Assembly (NCBI RefSeq): GCF_006345805.1
Contig: NC_042997.1
Coordinates: 104,408,001-104,472,000, forward strand
Length of the DNA: 64,000 nucleotides
Source of the DNA: Octopus sinensis
Taxonomy: Eukaryota
Direction of reading: 5' to 3'
Positions 27,048 through 41,578 of the stretch are shown here, in pieces (positions within the stretch are counted from its first letter, which is position 1; every line of letters begins with the position of its first letter). Position numbers and translations under genes: made by a program. The notes under the pieces are model-generated. The model worked only from the letters and a program-made list of their open reading frames with translations. It searched no databases and was not told the DNA's origin.

Positions 27048-29370
27048 CTGAAATATTCCTACAAAAACTATTTCAGTGAATAAAAAATTGATTTTGTTTA
27101 ATATTCCTACTGGTTTCGTCTGGTCGAAATGCTTGTGTATAAGGCCTTGACAGACCTTCATTGATCGATCGGTGAAATCAATGATGTTGATGAGGTTGAA
27201 AATCGGAAAGATGTCGGTTACTGGATAAACATGAGAGAATTCCAGAGATATAACTACAATAGGAAGCATGAATAAATATAGTAGTAGGATTGTGATGGGT
27301 GTCGAGAAGAGGCAAAATGATGGAGTCTGAAGTATCTGAATGGAAGTGATGCGAGACCGCCCAACTTCTTCAACTAGGAGCCACTGGAGTAGCTGAAGAT
27401 AGAGTGAGGAGACCATATGTCTTTAATAAGAAACATATTAAACACCAAAATTATTTTATGTATTTCATTTGTATTGGCCTTAAACGTAAGTCGAAAGCGG
27501 ATTGTAGATGTGGCTTTTCTCTGGCTTATTTTTCTTAATTGGCAGTGCTTGTCACTCCACAAAGACAACTGTAATAATTTTCATTTTTAATTCTAATCGA
27601 AGGAAAATACGAAGTAAAACCTTCAGGGCAATAGGAATTGGAGGGTTGTCGACTGCGTAGTGCAAAGGTGAGGACCACTAAGAGTGAGAAATCTCCTCGG
27701 GTAGAGACTTAGAATGTACTCTCTGAGGGATGATTCGCATCTTTTCCTGATGTCTTTGGAACTTAGCCGTTTGTGATTTATTGTGCCGGCTCTATCAGAA
27801 ATGCGTCGGCCAGGGAGGGGCGGCATCTCAAACAGTGGCTTTTGTGTTTGCATAAATTCCTTAAATCTCTTCACATCTAGGTATCTTTTTATATATCGAT
27901 AAATCAGATAATGAGGATATATGTGCGTAAACGTTTAGCGTTATAACAGTGGTTGTTTTTAATTCAGTGTAGCCTTTCCAGTCTTGTGCAGACTTCTACT
28001 CCCACTTGACATAAGCCTGACTATTACACTCTCACTTACACACAACTCATTGCGTGCTCACTGAAATTCTTCCAACCATATCTCTTATCTACGTGTTTTA
28101 CTCTGGTGCATGTGGTACAACTACAGAAGACACAACTTGAAAGTTATAAATAACATTCATTCTCTAATATATAATGTAATAAAATAACCACAATACATTT
28201 TTTGCTATAGGTACATAGGGTACCTGAAATTTTCTGGGAGAAATTTAATCGATTGCATCGACCCCAGTGTTTAACTGGTACATATTTCATCGACTCCTAA
28301 AGAATAAAAGGCAAAGTGGACCTCGATGACATTTCAATTCGGCGTGTAAAGCCGGAGGACATGCCACTTGATCGACATGGTAACGATTTTGCGAGCTTTC
28401 CGCCTTTACTATGTATGAATGCATTTATTTAAGTTTGTTTATGATATATTTAAACAGAAACTAAAAAAAAAACACTATATTTTATACTTCTGCCACTTAT
28501 TAGCAAGGGTCCAGTCGGCTGCAATATTTAAGAAGTAACGAGTTAAATTAACTAGAAAAGAAAAAAGCGACAAAAACAGTTAATCATTTGAACAATAGAT
28601 TTCAGGAAGAATTTTAATGGAATTAGATACAAAAGCCAATCTGATATGCAGAAAAAAATGCATTTACAGTATTTGCTTATAGACTGATAAACCTGCAGCG
28701 AATGAAGCAGACAAGAGATACACTAACAGATATACTGGCAACTACAACAATAAAACCTGTTACTCCAAGTCATATTGAATGAATTTGACAATAATGTTGT
28801 AACAGCTTGAAAGTGCCAAAAGAGTGCAATTATTCACAGCCATTTAAATGACAAGTTAATTTTGATACAAACTGACAATGAAACCCCCCATTGGTTCATC
28901 AATCATTGCTTTCTTTTAGAAAATATACATAATGATTGAAGGTGGGTTTGTTTTCTTGTTATTCCCTTTTATTCTCTTTATTTTTCTTATATAGTTGTCA
29001 CCATGTTGAAGTTAAAATATCATTGTAAAAATTGCTTTTAATTTAAAAATATATGTAAGATCTCTGGTTGATGTTGATAGTGAGCATAATTTCAATCATT
29101 TCAAACTAAGTTGTTGGCTGCATGCATTACTTTTAAAGTAAATACCCCTCGTGGGGTTCCTCTATCTGTATGCTACACAGCAGTGGTAAAGCTGAAGTTG
29201 ATTTAACATATTAAGATAACGAATCAGAGACGTCAATTAAAGAGGTATGTCGCTGCGTACAGGTAAGAGTACTCTGGCGTTAAGAAATAAGTGTCTTTTA
29301 CGTTGGCTTTTAAAAGCGTAGTCTGGCGAGATATCAACACTATCAGAGAAGAAAATAGATAATAGAAATG

Positions 29371-29670
29371 ATTATTATTATTATTATTTATGGTTTCCTT
29401 TCATTATAACTTTATTCCAGCTGCCTTAGTGCCGGGCATCCTCCGGAGGCCAAGAGTAGCAGAGACATTTTTGTTTTACTATGCATGCTAAAATTATCAC
29501 CGCATATATTCTATTTTAGATAGGGAGTGCTTTCCGTTGTATATAGGCTGTACCCATCAAAGTTATCTTTTGTAGTTCTCTCAGTTCCCTTCTTTATCAT
29601 TCCCAGCGCACCAATTATTACTGGTATTATCGTAGTACTAAACTTCCACATTTTTGTGATTTCAAGAAAA
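29371..29670 (-). mobile_element. Short R4-like 3' end with (TAA)n tail
   Basis: Minus-strand LEITKMWKF..IIPVIIGALGMIKKG and LMGTAYIQRK; (ATT)n at 29371-29388 on plus. Confidence 0.8.
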
Positions 29671-30189
29671 GGCCGTCCTCAACTGAAAGTGAAAAGACAA
29701 GGGACGAGGAAAATTCACCTAATCCATAAGCTTCACTAATAACAATACCGACACACTTAACCAAATCCCCAAAACAAAAGCAATGCACACTCATTCAACT
29801 ACAGCCACATCTACAAAAAGCACCAAGATAGAAACAAATACACGAAGAGAAACAACAATCATATGAACAACCCATACAACTGACTACAGAACACGAACGC
29901 CTCTTCAACTTCACAGTCATTCGCAAGAACAACAGCGAGGTTAAAACACAAATATTCATACAAAAGGAGTAGGGTTCGACGAATTCTGTCGAAGTATCCC
30001 CATAACTGACAGCTGATAAAAATATACAAATACATACCTAAAACTTAAAAAGACATACCCAAAAGATATTGGGCCCTTTATGTTACAGCCGGATAAAAGG
30101 ACTTTAAGAAGGCCCTTCATTAATGGTAATGCATCAGACGAGGCAGATGAATCAGCCGACCCTCTCAAAATCTAAGGTAAGTGACTTCC

Positions 30190-32186
30190 TTCCATTTTGC
30201 TTCTCCGATAAACATGGTCGTTTTCAGAGTGGGGTGTGTGAATGTTCGTGGCCTAGGGTCAGCTTTGAAGCAAGGTCACTTGCTAAACGATCTCAGATCG
30301 CTCGGTTTAGATATAGCTGCTATCAGCGACACAAAGATTTCTAATTCGCAAGCACTAGCGCCCATTTTCGACGACTATGAGATATTCTCATCATCTGGTT
30401 TGTCGGGAGCGGGCGGCGAGGTAGCAGTGCTATTCCGAATATCCTTAGATCTTGAAGTAAAGGTAATCTTCTTGAACACGCGCGGTAGGTTGGCGGTCCT
30501 AGATGTGAATGATAGCGAAGGTGGCGTCCTTAGACTAGCGGTCGTCTATGCCCCGACAGGGGCTAGAAAGCCAGAATTCTTCAGGCGTCTAGGAACATTC
30601 CTGGGAACGTCTCGTAGTTTAGTATGAGTAGGGGGCTGCAATGGGATTTTGGATGAGGGAAGGATTGTGAGGGGCTAGTACACAGAAGAAGGGGATACCA
30701 AAGTCTCGAAAACCTATTCAGAGACTTCCAATTTTCTGATAGATATCGATTGGAGTTGTCTGATGTGCCAGTGTGGACATGGAGCAACTACAATGGGTCA
30801 TCCAGGTCGTATCTTGATAGAGTATTTGTTAGGTCAGAGGATAGAAATAGTGTTAGTTGTCCATAATTTAAATTGGTCAGCTACACAGACAAAAAGTTTG
30901 TGATCTGCACAGTCAAATTAGATAGGACCCGTAGACAGGGACCCGGTTACTGGAAGTTAAACGGGTCCTTTCTGACACACAAAGACTACAGGGAACGGAT
31001 TAGTGAACTAGTTCAGCGGCAGTTGACAGTGACAATCATTAACAACCGGTGATGGGCCGCCCTGAAGACGGTGATTAGAGCAGCATTGATAGCTTTTAGC
31101 AAAGAGTTAGCAATAGAACGGAATAGATTAGGAGATGAACTAGTTACCAAATTAGAAGAGGCAATTAATAAGGGCATTGCAACCGGTGGGTTAAAGGCCA
31201 GAATGACCTTTGCCAATTTCTCGAAGCGAAACACGAAGGTTACGTTGTCAGGGCTGAGGTCTATGCGCTCAAACAGGAAGGAATTAAAGCTATCGGATGG
31301 GCCCGAATGGTGGAGACTCGACGTGGAAATAAAACCACGATCAGGTCTTTGACAGAGAGGGAGGGCGTGTGCTATGCGGCTCCGAGCGGCTTTTTAGAAA
31401 GCACTTCGTGCAGCTGTTTGGAGAGAGTGATAGGTCGACGACGGCACTGGACCTTAGTTCGTTTCTGGACGGCTTGCTTCGGCTCTCAGCAGCTGACACG
31501 AGGTTGTGTGAAAGGCAAATAACAACCGATGAAATTTGTGAGGCGATGAGCGATTGCACAAGTCGCAGATCACTTGGTTTGGATGGTTTGCGCTATGAAT
31601 TCTATGTATTCATGTCAGATTTGTTTGGCGACCTCTTGGCATACACCTATCACAACCGGCAACAGACTGGGGGAATTCCTAGTGCTGCTATCAGCGGTGT
31701 GGTGACACTGCAGAGTAAGGAGGCCGACAATGGCTCTCACATCCACTTACCAAGAACTAGAGAACTTTTGGCCCAAAACACTACTGTTCTCGAGTTTATT
31801 GAAATGCGGGTTTATTTATAGTTGCGAAAATGGTAAGAGTTAATGGTACTTCTCTGAGTGCAGACCTGTGAGTCGGAGAGAAGAAATTGGAGAAAACACT
31901 TGCTCCTGGGGTTTCAGGGAAACCTCGGACAGTGGGTTTCTTCGATTATCCCTTAGAGACCTTCCTCTATCAGGAGGGCCGCATCTCTAACATCCTCCCC
32001 GCCTCTTTTTTTGCCATTTTTAAGCCTTTGTATGCTATGCATATGTCCCTTCTTTTTCAGCGTATACTGTGTAAATTTACCTTCTTTCATTTTATTTTTA
32101 TCATTTCATTATATGTAAACCCCAACATTTTATGTCTATCTTTGTATTGTCCCCCTCATCTTTCGTCTTTGTGTTAAATAAATGGA

Positions 32187-32190
<4 letters not shown>
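30190..32190 (+). mobile_element. Decayed L1/Tx1-type LINE: APE endonuclease, start of RT, large internal deletion, 3' UTR
   Basis: RVGCVNVRGL, VVYAP, YLDRVF, GPGYWKLN, SLGLDGLRYEFY; pyrimidine-rich 3' UTR ending in AATAAA at about 32176 followed by (ATT)n. Confidence 0.82.
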
Positions 32191-32230
<40 letters not shown>

Positions 32231-32446
32231 CATCATCATCATCATTGAAGAGGCGCGTCGTCTCGTGGTTATGGTGTTAGATTCATGATTGTAAGATTGT
32301 GCTTTCGATTCTTGGACTAGGCGACAGGTTGTGATCTTAAGCAAAACACTTCATTTCCCGTTGATTCTGTCTACTCAGCTGGCTAAAATGAGTAATCCTC
32401 CAGTGTCCTATCTCATCCAGGTGGGGAATTTATATGTCATGGAAAC

Positions 32447-32447
<1 letters not shown>

Positions 32448-32516
<69 letters not shown>

Positions 32517-33245
32517 GTTATTATCATTGCTTCGAAAGGCTCATCTGTCAAGTTACAACAAGGACCTCAGACAGATAATACATTCCTTAAGATGTGCGCT
32601 GTACCCAATAAGTCTGCTTTTTGCAAGACATCAATCTTCCAATAGATTTCCAGTTGCCTTAAGAAGTCTTGAAGTTTCAATGGGATTGAGCCCAACACTC
32701 TGATCACCCTCTCGCATTTCTTGGTCTTGCCATTTCCACTTTCAATTCGGAGTACTTGGTGATTTTTGCAACCTCTTTACTCACAACATTCATGTCATTT
32801 GTTATGGCTACAACAATGATCCGACAGTATTTGTCTCTCTTATTCAATATGACAATAACCGGCTGACGATGTTCGATTACACGATCTGTCTGAAATGCAT
32901 AGTATAGTTACTTTTCCATCCTGCTGCATAACTTTACTTGGTTCAAGCTCATACAAGTTCTCTGTTACTTCAAAATGGTATTTGCAGCATAAGAACCAAT
33001 GAAGATACACACACACTTTATCATGGCGGCGATTGTATTCGTTTTTGCAAGGCTCTCACATCCACTTATCAAGTGGGTCACATTATCCACACTCGTTCCA
33101 CAGAGTCTGCATTTCTGGGTGTCAGAAGTTTTATAAATGTTATACTTCACTGACTTGGTAGCGAGAGCCTCGTCTTGTGCAGCAATGATCAGACTTTCGA
33201 TGGTACGCTTGAAATCACCACGATGCTGTACTTCCTTGCCCATTA
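32448..33245 (-). mobile_element. Decayed R4-like 3' fragment with (TAA)n tail
   Basis: ESLIIAAQDEAL, KCRLCGTSVDNVTHLISGC, C-terminal LGTAHILRNVLSV*; then about 45 nt UTR and (TAA)n on the minus strand, seen as (ATT)n at about 32448-32525 on plus. Confidence 0.85.
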
Positions 33246-33249
33246 TTTC

Positions 33250-33600
33250 ATCTGCATTTACACCCAGAAATGTGATGACAATTAACAAGGCACTACTCCC
33301 CGAAAGCGATATTGACAGATTGTATGTGCCTTAGAACAGGGTAGGAAGAGACCTCATAGGACGCAAGTTCTGTGTTATTAACGAAAGTAAAAGTCTGGGA
33401 TGGTACATCAAACAGCAGAGTGAATCCTTGCTTGCCACTGTCAGAAATAACAATACAATACCTACCGAAAATGTGATGCACTCATAAACATTTAAGAAGG
33501 AAAATGAAGATAAAAGAATAAGCAATTTGAAAAAAAAGACTCTGCAGGGGAAGTACCTTTGGGAAATCGAAAGAAAAGACAAAGTGACATATAAGGATGC
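33250..33600 (+). mobile_element. Decayed R4-like post-RT fragment
   Basis: ESDIDRLYVP resembles KADVDRLYLP of the intact copy; KTLQGKY resembles KPLHGKY. Confidence 0.7.
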
Positions 33601-33603
33601 ACT

Positions 33604-34208
33604 GTGGCATTGATATGCAATGCCCAAGAACAAGTTCTGAGAACTAGTTACACCAAGTTCCAAATAGATAAGAGTAGCGAATAGTCCCTTTGTAGTATGT
33701 TTGGTAACAGAAACGAAACAATCTCACATATTGTGAGTGAGTGTAGCAAGCTGGCCCAAAAGCACCAAAAAAGGAGGCACGATAACGTGGATAAGTTCGT
33801 CCACTGGAGACTATGTAAAAAGTATGGCCTGAACAGAGCACGGAAATGGTATGAACTTGATTCAGAAAGAGTCACTGAGAACAAAGAATATTAGATACTG
33901 TAGGATTTTACAATCCAATGTGAGTCCCTAACCGAGGCTGGGTGACGAGGTATTGTCGTAGATAAACGGGAAAAGGAAACCAAGATTATAGAAATTGCTA
34001 TACCTGGGGATGCTCGCATAAATGACAAAGAACTAGAAAAGATTGGAAAGTATAGAGTACTAAAAGACGAAATTGCAAGAATGTTGACTCTGAAGAGAGT
34101 GTCTGTCATTCCAGTTGCTGTTGGGGCACTCGGAGCATTAACAAGCAAGTTCGAGAACTATGTCAGAGAAATCGGAATTGACATGAGAGCAGAGCAAGCT
34201 CAAAAAAC

Positions 34209-34209
<1 letters not shown>
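33604..34209 (+). mobile_element. Decayed R4-like 3' fragment (CCHC/REL region)
   Basis: ALICNAQEQVLRT, ETISHIVSECSKLAQKHQKRRHDNV, VIPVAVGALG; contains stops and frameshifts. Confidence 0.85.
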
Positions 34210-34260
<51 letters not shown>

Positions 34261-34492
34261 ACTACTACTACTACTACTACTACTACTCGTACCAATCACT
34301 AAATCTTAGCTCCTCGCAGCAGCGCAGTTTTTTGAGCTTGCTCTGCTCTCATGTCAATTCCGATTCCTCTGACATAGTTCTCGAACTTGGTTGTTAATGC
34401 TCCGAGTGCCCCAACAGCAACTGGAATGACAGACACTCTCTTCAGAGTCAACATTCTTGCAATTTCGTCTTTTAGTACTCTATACTTTCCAA
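34210..34492 (-). mobile_element. Inverted R4-like terminal segment with (TAG)n(TAA)n tail
   Basis: ORF 34299..34535 gives KYRVLKDEIARM...AQKTALLRGAKI*; it is the reverse complement of 34043-34209. Confidence 0.85.
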
Positions 34493-36662
<2,170 letters not shown>

Positions 36663-36974
36663 TGTTATTGTTATTATTATTATTGTTAATTGAAATTGGT
36701 ATCATACGAATTCCTCTTTCTCTTCATGTAAACAAATAACATGGCGTCGAATTAAAGAAAGACAGGTACGGTAGAAAACCCAAATCTTTTTCTTATAAAT
36801 TAATTGTTTATTTCATACTAACAATAGTAAATAAATATATAAAGAAATATCTAAAGATCGTCTTCCGTGTACTTCTCGGCTTCGGAATTAGCGATTCGGG
36901 TTTTTTCGTTTATTCCAAGTGTCGGAACTTCAGACGTGGCTTGTACCTAGAAAATATCTGAAGATTTTTTTATA

Positions 36975-37335
36975 GGATGTGCTTATAAGTCGCACCGCCA
37001 ACTTTAGGTGAAGTTTTCCTGGAAAAAAGTGCGACCTATTATCTCTTCCACAGACATGCTCTATTAACGGAGTTCTCGAGCGAAGCCAGCGTGACACAGT
37101 GAAAAAGCTGAATACTTCAATTGCAGGTCCAATCATTCCAATGGCCTTTCATGTAGTTTACGCCAAACCAAATTTACTCACAATGTGTGGGTCAACTAAA
37201 AATATAAGGCACTTTCTCATGATGTTATGCAGCGGGACAAATCCCTCAACATCATGACTGTCAAGTGATCTTCTTAAACCGTTTAACATGCTTGCGTCCA
37301 GTCACCGAAACTGAACGGTGCCATCTGAAAGAAAT
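36975..37335 (-). mobile_element. pogo/Tc2-like remnant
   Basis: Subterminal inverted motif TATAAGTCGCAC...GTGCGACCTAT; minus-strand LDASMLNG resembles QPLDVSVNKP. Confidence 0.4.
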
Positions 37336-38697
37336 ACCTTGGACTGCAATTCAACATAATCATCAAGTACTAAACATGCTCGTATACACAAACACACACA
37401 TGCAGACAGGCATAAAACTTACATATTTTGGTACAGGAAAAAACATTGCTAAACATTTCTAACATCGGTGCATCGACGTAATTTCAAACCTTTTGGGGAG
37501 GATATGACCAATATTATCGACCCTGCTTCTTAATTAGTACATATTTTATCGCCCTGGAAGTGATTACGACTAGAAATTTGAAACAACGAAATTAAATACC
37601 GCAAGGCATTAATCAGGCCCTCTACTGTTTCTCCCACACACGATTTGCTTATAAATTGATTCTACAGCTTGATACACTTAATGTCAACTGTTAGATCAAT
37701 GTGTTTACAATCCAAATGTTTTAAGCAACTTTCTTGAAACCAATCTCAGTCACGTTCACGTGTTTTAGTCAACGTATACAATTTCGTATATTTTTCAGCG
37801 GTGGCTTTTTTTTTTATTTTTGCTTTTTCTTTCGTTTATTCTGACTTCTTCCATGGTTCTTTCTGTCCAGTTGCAAAAACTTAGGCTTCAAATGTTAGAG
37901 TTTCGTTCTAATTTAATGTTTGATAGTAATGACTTAAAAGATCCAAATATACCGTGAGTTGAGAGGTCTTTAGAACAAGACCGTTACGTTTTATCTAGTT
38001 TATATTTTAAGGTGGTTAGTCCCTCAATTATTTAATGAAGTATTTTTGTTTTATGGCATACAGATGTTTATGCGTGCGACTATTTATATATGCATCGTTG
38101 TAAAATACTTAAACTAGCACCATGTATATCTGGCTTGTAGACTTTGAATTAAGCCTGTATTTTAATAATTGATTAACATCTGTTGCCTGATTTAATACCG
38201 CCACATGGGTTCCTTTAGTTGAGTCAACTCTGTTACGAACTTGTCAGAATAATCTTTTCTATTCCTCCAACCATCTCATTGGTCCTGAAAAATGTTAGGT
38301 TACTGCCTTTCTTCTGGCAATGTCGTAAAAATAAACTAAACTAACATTATTAATTAAAAGAAAGCATAACTCCCTGAATCTGCTTGAATGTGCATATGCA
38401 TTCTTTTATTCTGATATACATTTTCGAGTCTGCATTATCACTGAGGTGTACTGCTCTTCCACGTATGCTTGATCAGTATCTTTTGAACGAGTTTGCAGTA
38501 AGAGAAAAGAATGCGAGCTGAAGAGCAAATTTTAAATTGTAGAAAGCAAATGTTCTATTACAAGTACATTATTTACGTGGAATATCACTGGCATAACTTT
38601 AAATATTGTGATTTTTCCAATTTTATTAACATAGAAGCACTTTTTCGAAAATGTCTTATTTCAGTGTTATATATATATATTTTATTTATTATATGTA

Positions 38698-39668
38698 TTA
38701 TAAAAATAATACATAATTATATGCATATATACATACATATATGTACAGTACATAAAAAAACGTTGAACACATTAAGAATCGAAAACATAAAAACAAAAAC
38801 ATAGAAACAAACTTTTTTTCAAACAGCGAAAAACACAGAGTACAATACATACAACACAAGAAATATTCCCCTTCTTCAGTTGTCTCTGTTTCATCTACTC
38901 AGCGTTACTAAGGTAAGGACAAGACGCGACTTCGTTAAAACAATCTTTCCTGCAAAGCAAATTAAATAAAATTTGGGATTTTTTGCGGAGGGTAAAAGTG
39001 GTAACAAAAACAGGACAGTAAGAACAAAACAAGACAGTAAAAGTAAAAAAGTAAAAACAGTAAAAGACAGAACAATGAGAATAAAACAGTAAAAACAAAC
39101 GATGATGGCTGTTAAGTCAAGAAGGTGGAAAAATTATTTTGAACGCTTAAGGAGACAGCTTATGAAAGAGACAGAATAAGCTGGTCTGGTTTTGGTGAAG
39201 AGAGAAGTTGGAAAGATTGCTTCCGTCTGAGCATGTATCAGTGACGAGAGAGTCGAGGAGGAGGAGGAGGAGGAGGAGGAGTAAGAGAGAGGGAACGGTG
39301 ATTCCCACCCTTCCCTAGTCTTCTCCTCTCCTCTTCATCGTTCTCTCTCTCTTACACCTCCTCTCAAATTGTATTTAATTTGCTTTGAGGGAAGGACTGC
39401 TTTAACGAAGTCGCGTCTTGTCCTTACTTCGGAACACGGAGTAGACGAAACAGTGACAACTGGAAAAGGGGAATATTCCTTGTATTTTATGTCTTGTACT
39501 TTGTGTTTTTCGTTGTTTGAAAAAAGTTCGTTTCTATACTTTTGTTTTTATGTTTTCGTTTCTCATTGTGTTCAACGTTATTTTTGATGTCCTGTACCAA
39601 TATATGCATGTGTATGTACATATATGTATGTATATATGCACATAATTATGTATTATTTATATTATTAT
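38698..39668. repeat. Inverted pair of a dispersed repeat (arms about 38698-38978 and 39363-39668)
   Basis: Arms are clear reverse complements, e.g. AAGGACAAGACGCGACTTCGTTAAA and TTTAACGAAGTCGCGTCTTGTCCTT; same family near 12780-12960 and 42600-43130. Confidence 0.9.
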
Positions 39669-39714
39669 ATGATCGAACGCCACGCATCCTTTTTCCTAGT
39701 GTTATATATATATA

Positions 39715-39853
39715 AGCGTAGGAGTAGCTGTGTGGTAAGTAGCTTGCTTACCAACCACATGGTTCCGGCTTCAGTCACGGGCCGACCAAAGCCTTGTGAG
39801 TGGATTTGGTAGACGGAAACTGAAAGAAGCCCGTCGTATATATGTATGTGTAT

Positions 39854-39927
<74 letters not shown>

Positions 39928-40140
39928 GTGTGTATATGTTTGTGTGACTGTGTTTGTCCCTCGGCATCGCTTGACAACCGATGTTGGTCTGTTTACGTCC
40001 CCGTAACTTAGCGGTTCATCATAAGAGACCGATAGAATAAGTACTAGGCTTACAAAGATTAAGTCCTAGAGTAGATTTGCTCGATTAAAGGCGGTGCTCC
40101 AGCATGGCCGCAGTCAAATGACTGAAACAAGTAAAAGAGT
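39715..40140 (+). mobile_element. SINE family A with short internal deletion
   Basis: Same head and tail as 17830-18232. Confidence 0.92.
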
Positions 40141-41050
40141 AACATATATGTGTGTGTGGGTGTGCGTCTGTGTGTGTATGGATGGATGTATATTACTTAT
40201 GTGTCTATATATGTGAGAGTGCATGTGCGATATGAGGGTATGTTTGTGTGTGTGTGTGAGCACATCTGTTGCAAATATATCAGGGAACGTCTACGACAAC
40301 TTATTGGTAAAGTGGTTTACTCAAACACCCACAAAGCACATAGAGGAAAGCCTGTTAGCATTCCATCTATTGTCATACTCTTGCGCACATATTTGCACTC
40401 ACTCTTGAATCTTGGAATTTCTTTATTACAGTGTTCTTGTAACTCTATATGTAAGTACAAACACTCTCTCTTTCATGCTTCCACACACAAATACACACAC
40501 ACACACATATATATATGCGCGCACACACACACACATATATGTGTACATATATGTACGTATACATCTATATATACATATATATGCATCTGTGTATATATGT
40601 GTATGCAATGATATATATATATATGTCTCTCTCTCTCTCTCTCTATTTCTATATATACATATATATATATATACCTATTATATATATACTATATGTATAT
40701 ATATGCATATATATACATATACATTTGTCTTATGTCATACTTCAGGCTGCAACGTAATCCTGTTGCATACGTATAACATCTCATGTCTGAATATGTCTCC
40801 TTGTGCGAGTGGCTGTACCTCCTCGTATGTATGTATGTATGTATGTATGTATGTATGTATGTATGTATGTATGTATCTATGTATGTATGTATTATGTGTG
40901 TACGTATATATGTGAATAAGTATGTATGCATATGAGAGAGCAGTGCATGCCATCAAAGTGACGCCGGGGTAAAAATATACGAAGCCCAGTATACCATCAT
41001 GACTACCAGTCTGATAAGGGTACGCCAGGTGTGCATGTATGTATATGTGT

Positions 41051-41269
41051 ACTCTCTCTTTTACTCTTTTACTTGTTTCAGTCATTTGACTGCAGCCCTG
41101 CTGGAGCACCGTCTTTAGTCGAGCAAATCGAAACCCGGGACTTATTCTTTGTAAGCCTAGTATTTATTCCATCGGTTTCTTTTGCCGAACCGCTAAGTAA
41201 CGGGGACGTAAACACACCAGCATCGGTTGTCAAGCAATGCTGAGGGGACAAACACAGACACACAAGCAT

Positions 41270-41328
<59 letters not shown>

Positions 41329-41494
41329 TACGACGGGCTTCTTTCAGTTTTCGTCTATCAAATCCAGTCACTAGGATTTTTGTCGGCCTGAGGCTATAGT
41401 AGAAGACACTTGCCCAAGGTGCCACGATGTGGGACTGAAGCCGGTCCCATGCGGTTGTTAAGCAAGCTACTTACCACACGTCCACTCCTACGCC
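41051..41494 (-). mobile_element. SINE family A, full length
   Basis: Same family; inverted relative to 39715-40140. Confidence 0.92.
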
Positions 41495-41578
41495 TACATA
41501 CATACATACATACATACATACATACATACATACATAGTGATCCAAGTATTGTATGTATGTATATGTACATGTATGCAA

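Noticed and set aside
27623-27874. 83-aa minus ORF upstream of the 229-aa ORF
   Set aside because: No homology recognised and only a weak donor; cannot be linked to the other candidate exons.
28040-28120. 81-nt segment with good minus-strand splice sites (CTTCTRVKHVDKRYGWKNF...)
   Set aside because: One open frame over 27 codons is expected by chance, and its phase does not fit the preferred exon chain.
38860-38900. GAAAC...CTGAAGA on the minus strand suggesting a type II hammerhead
   Set aside because: No UH cleavage site and no closing stems.
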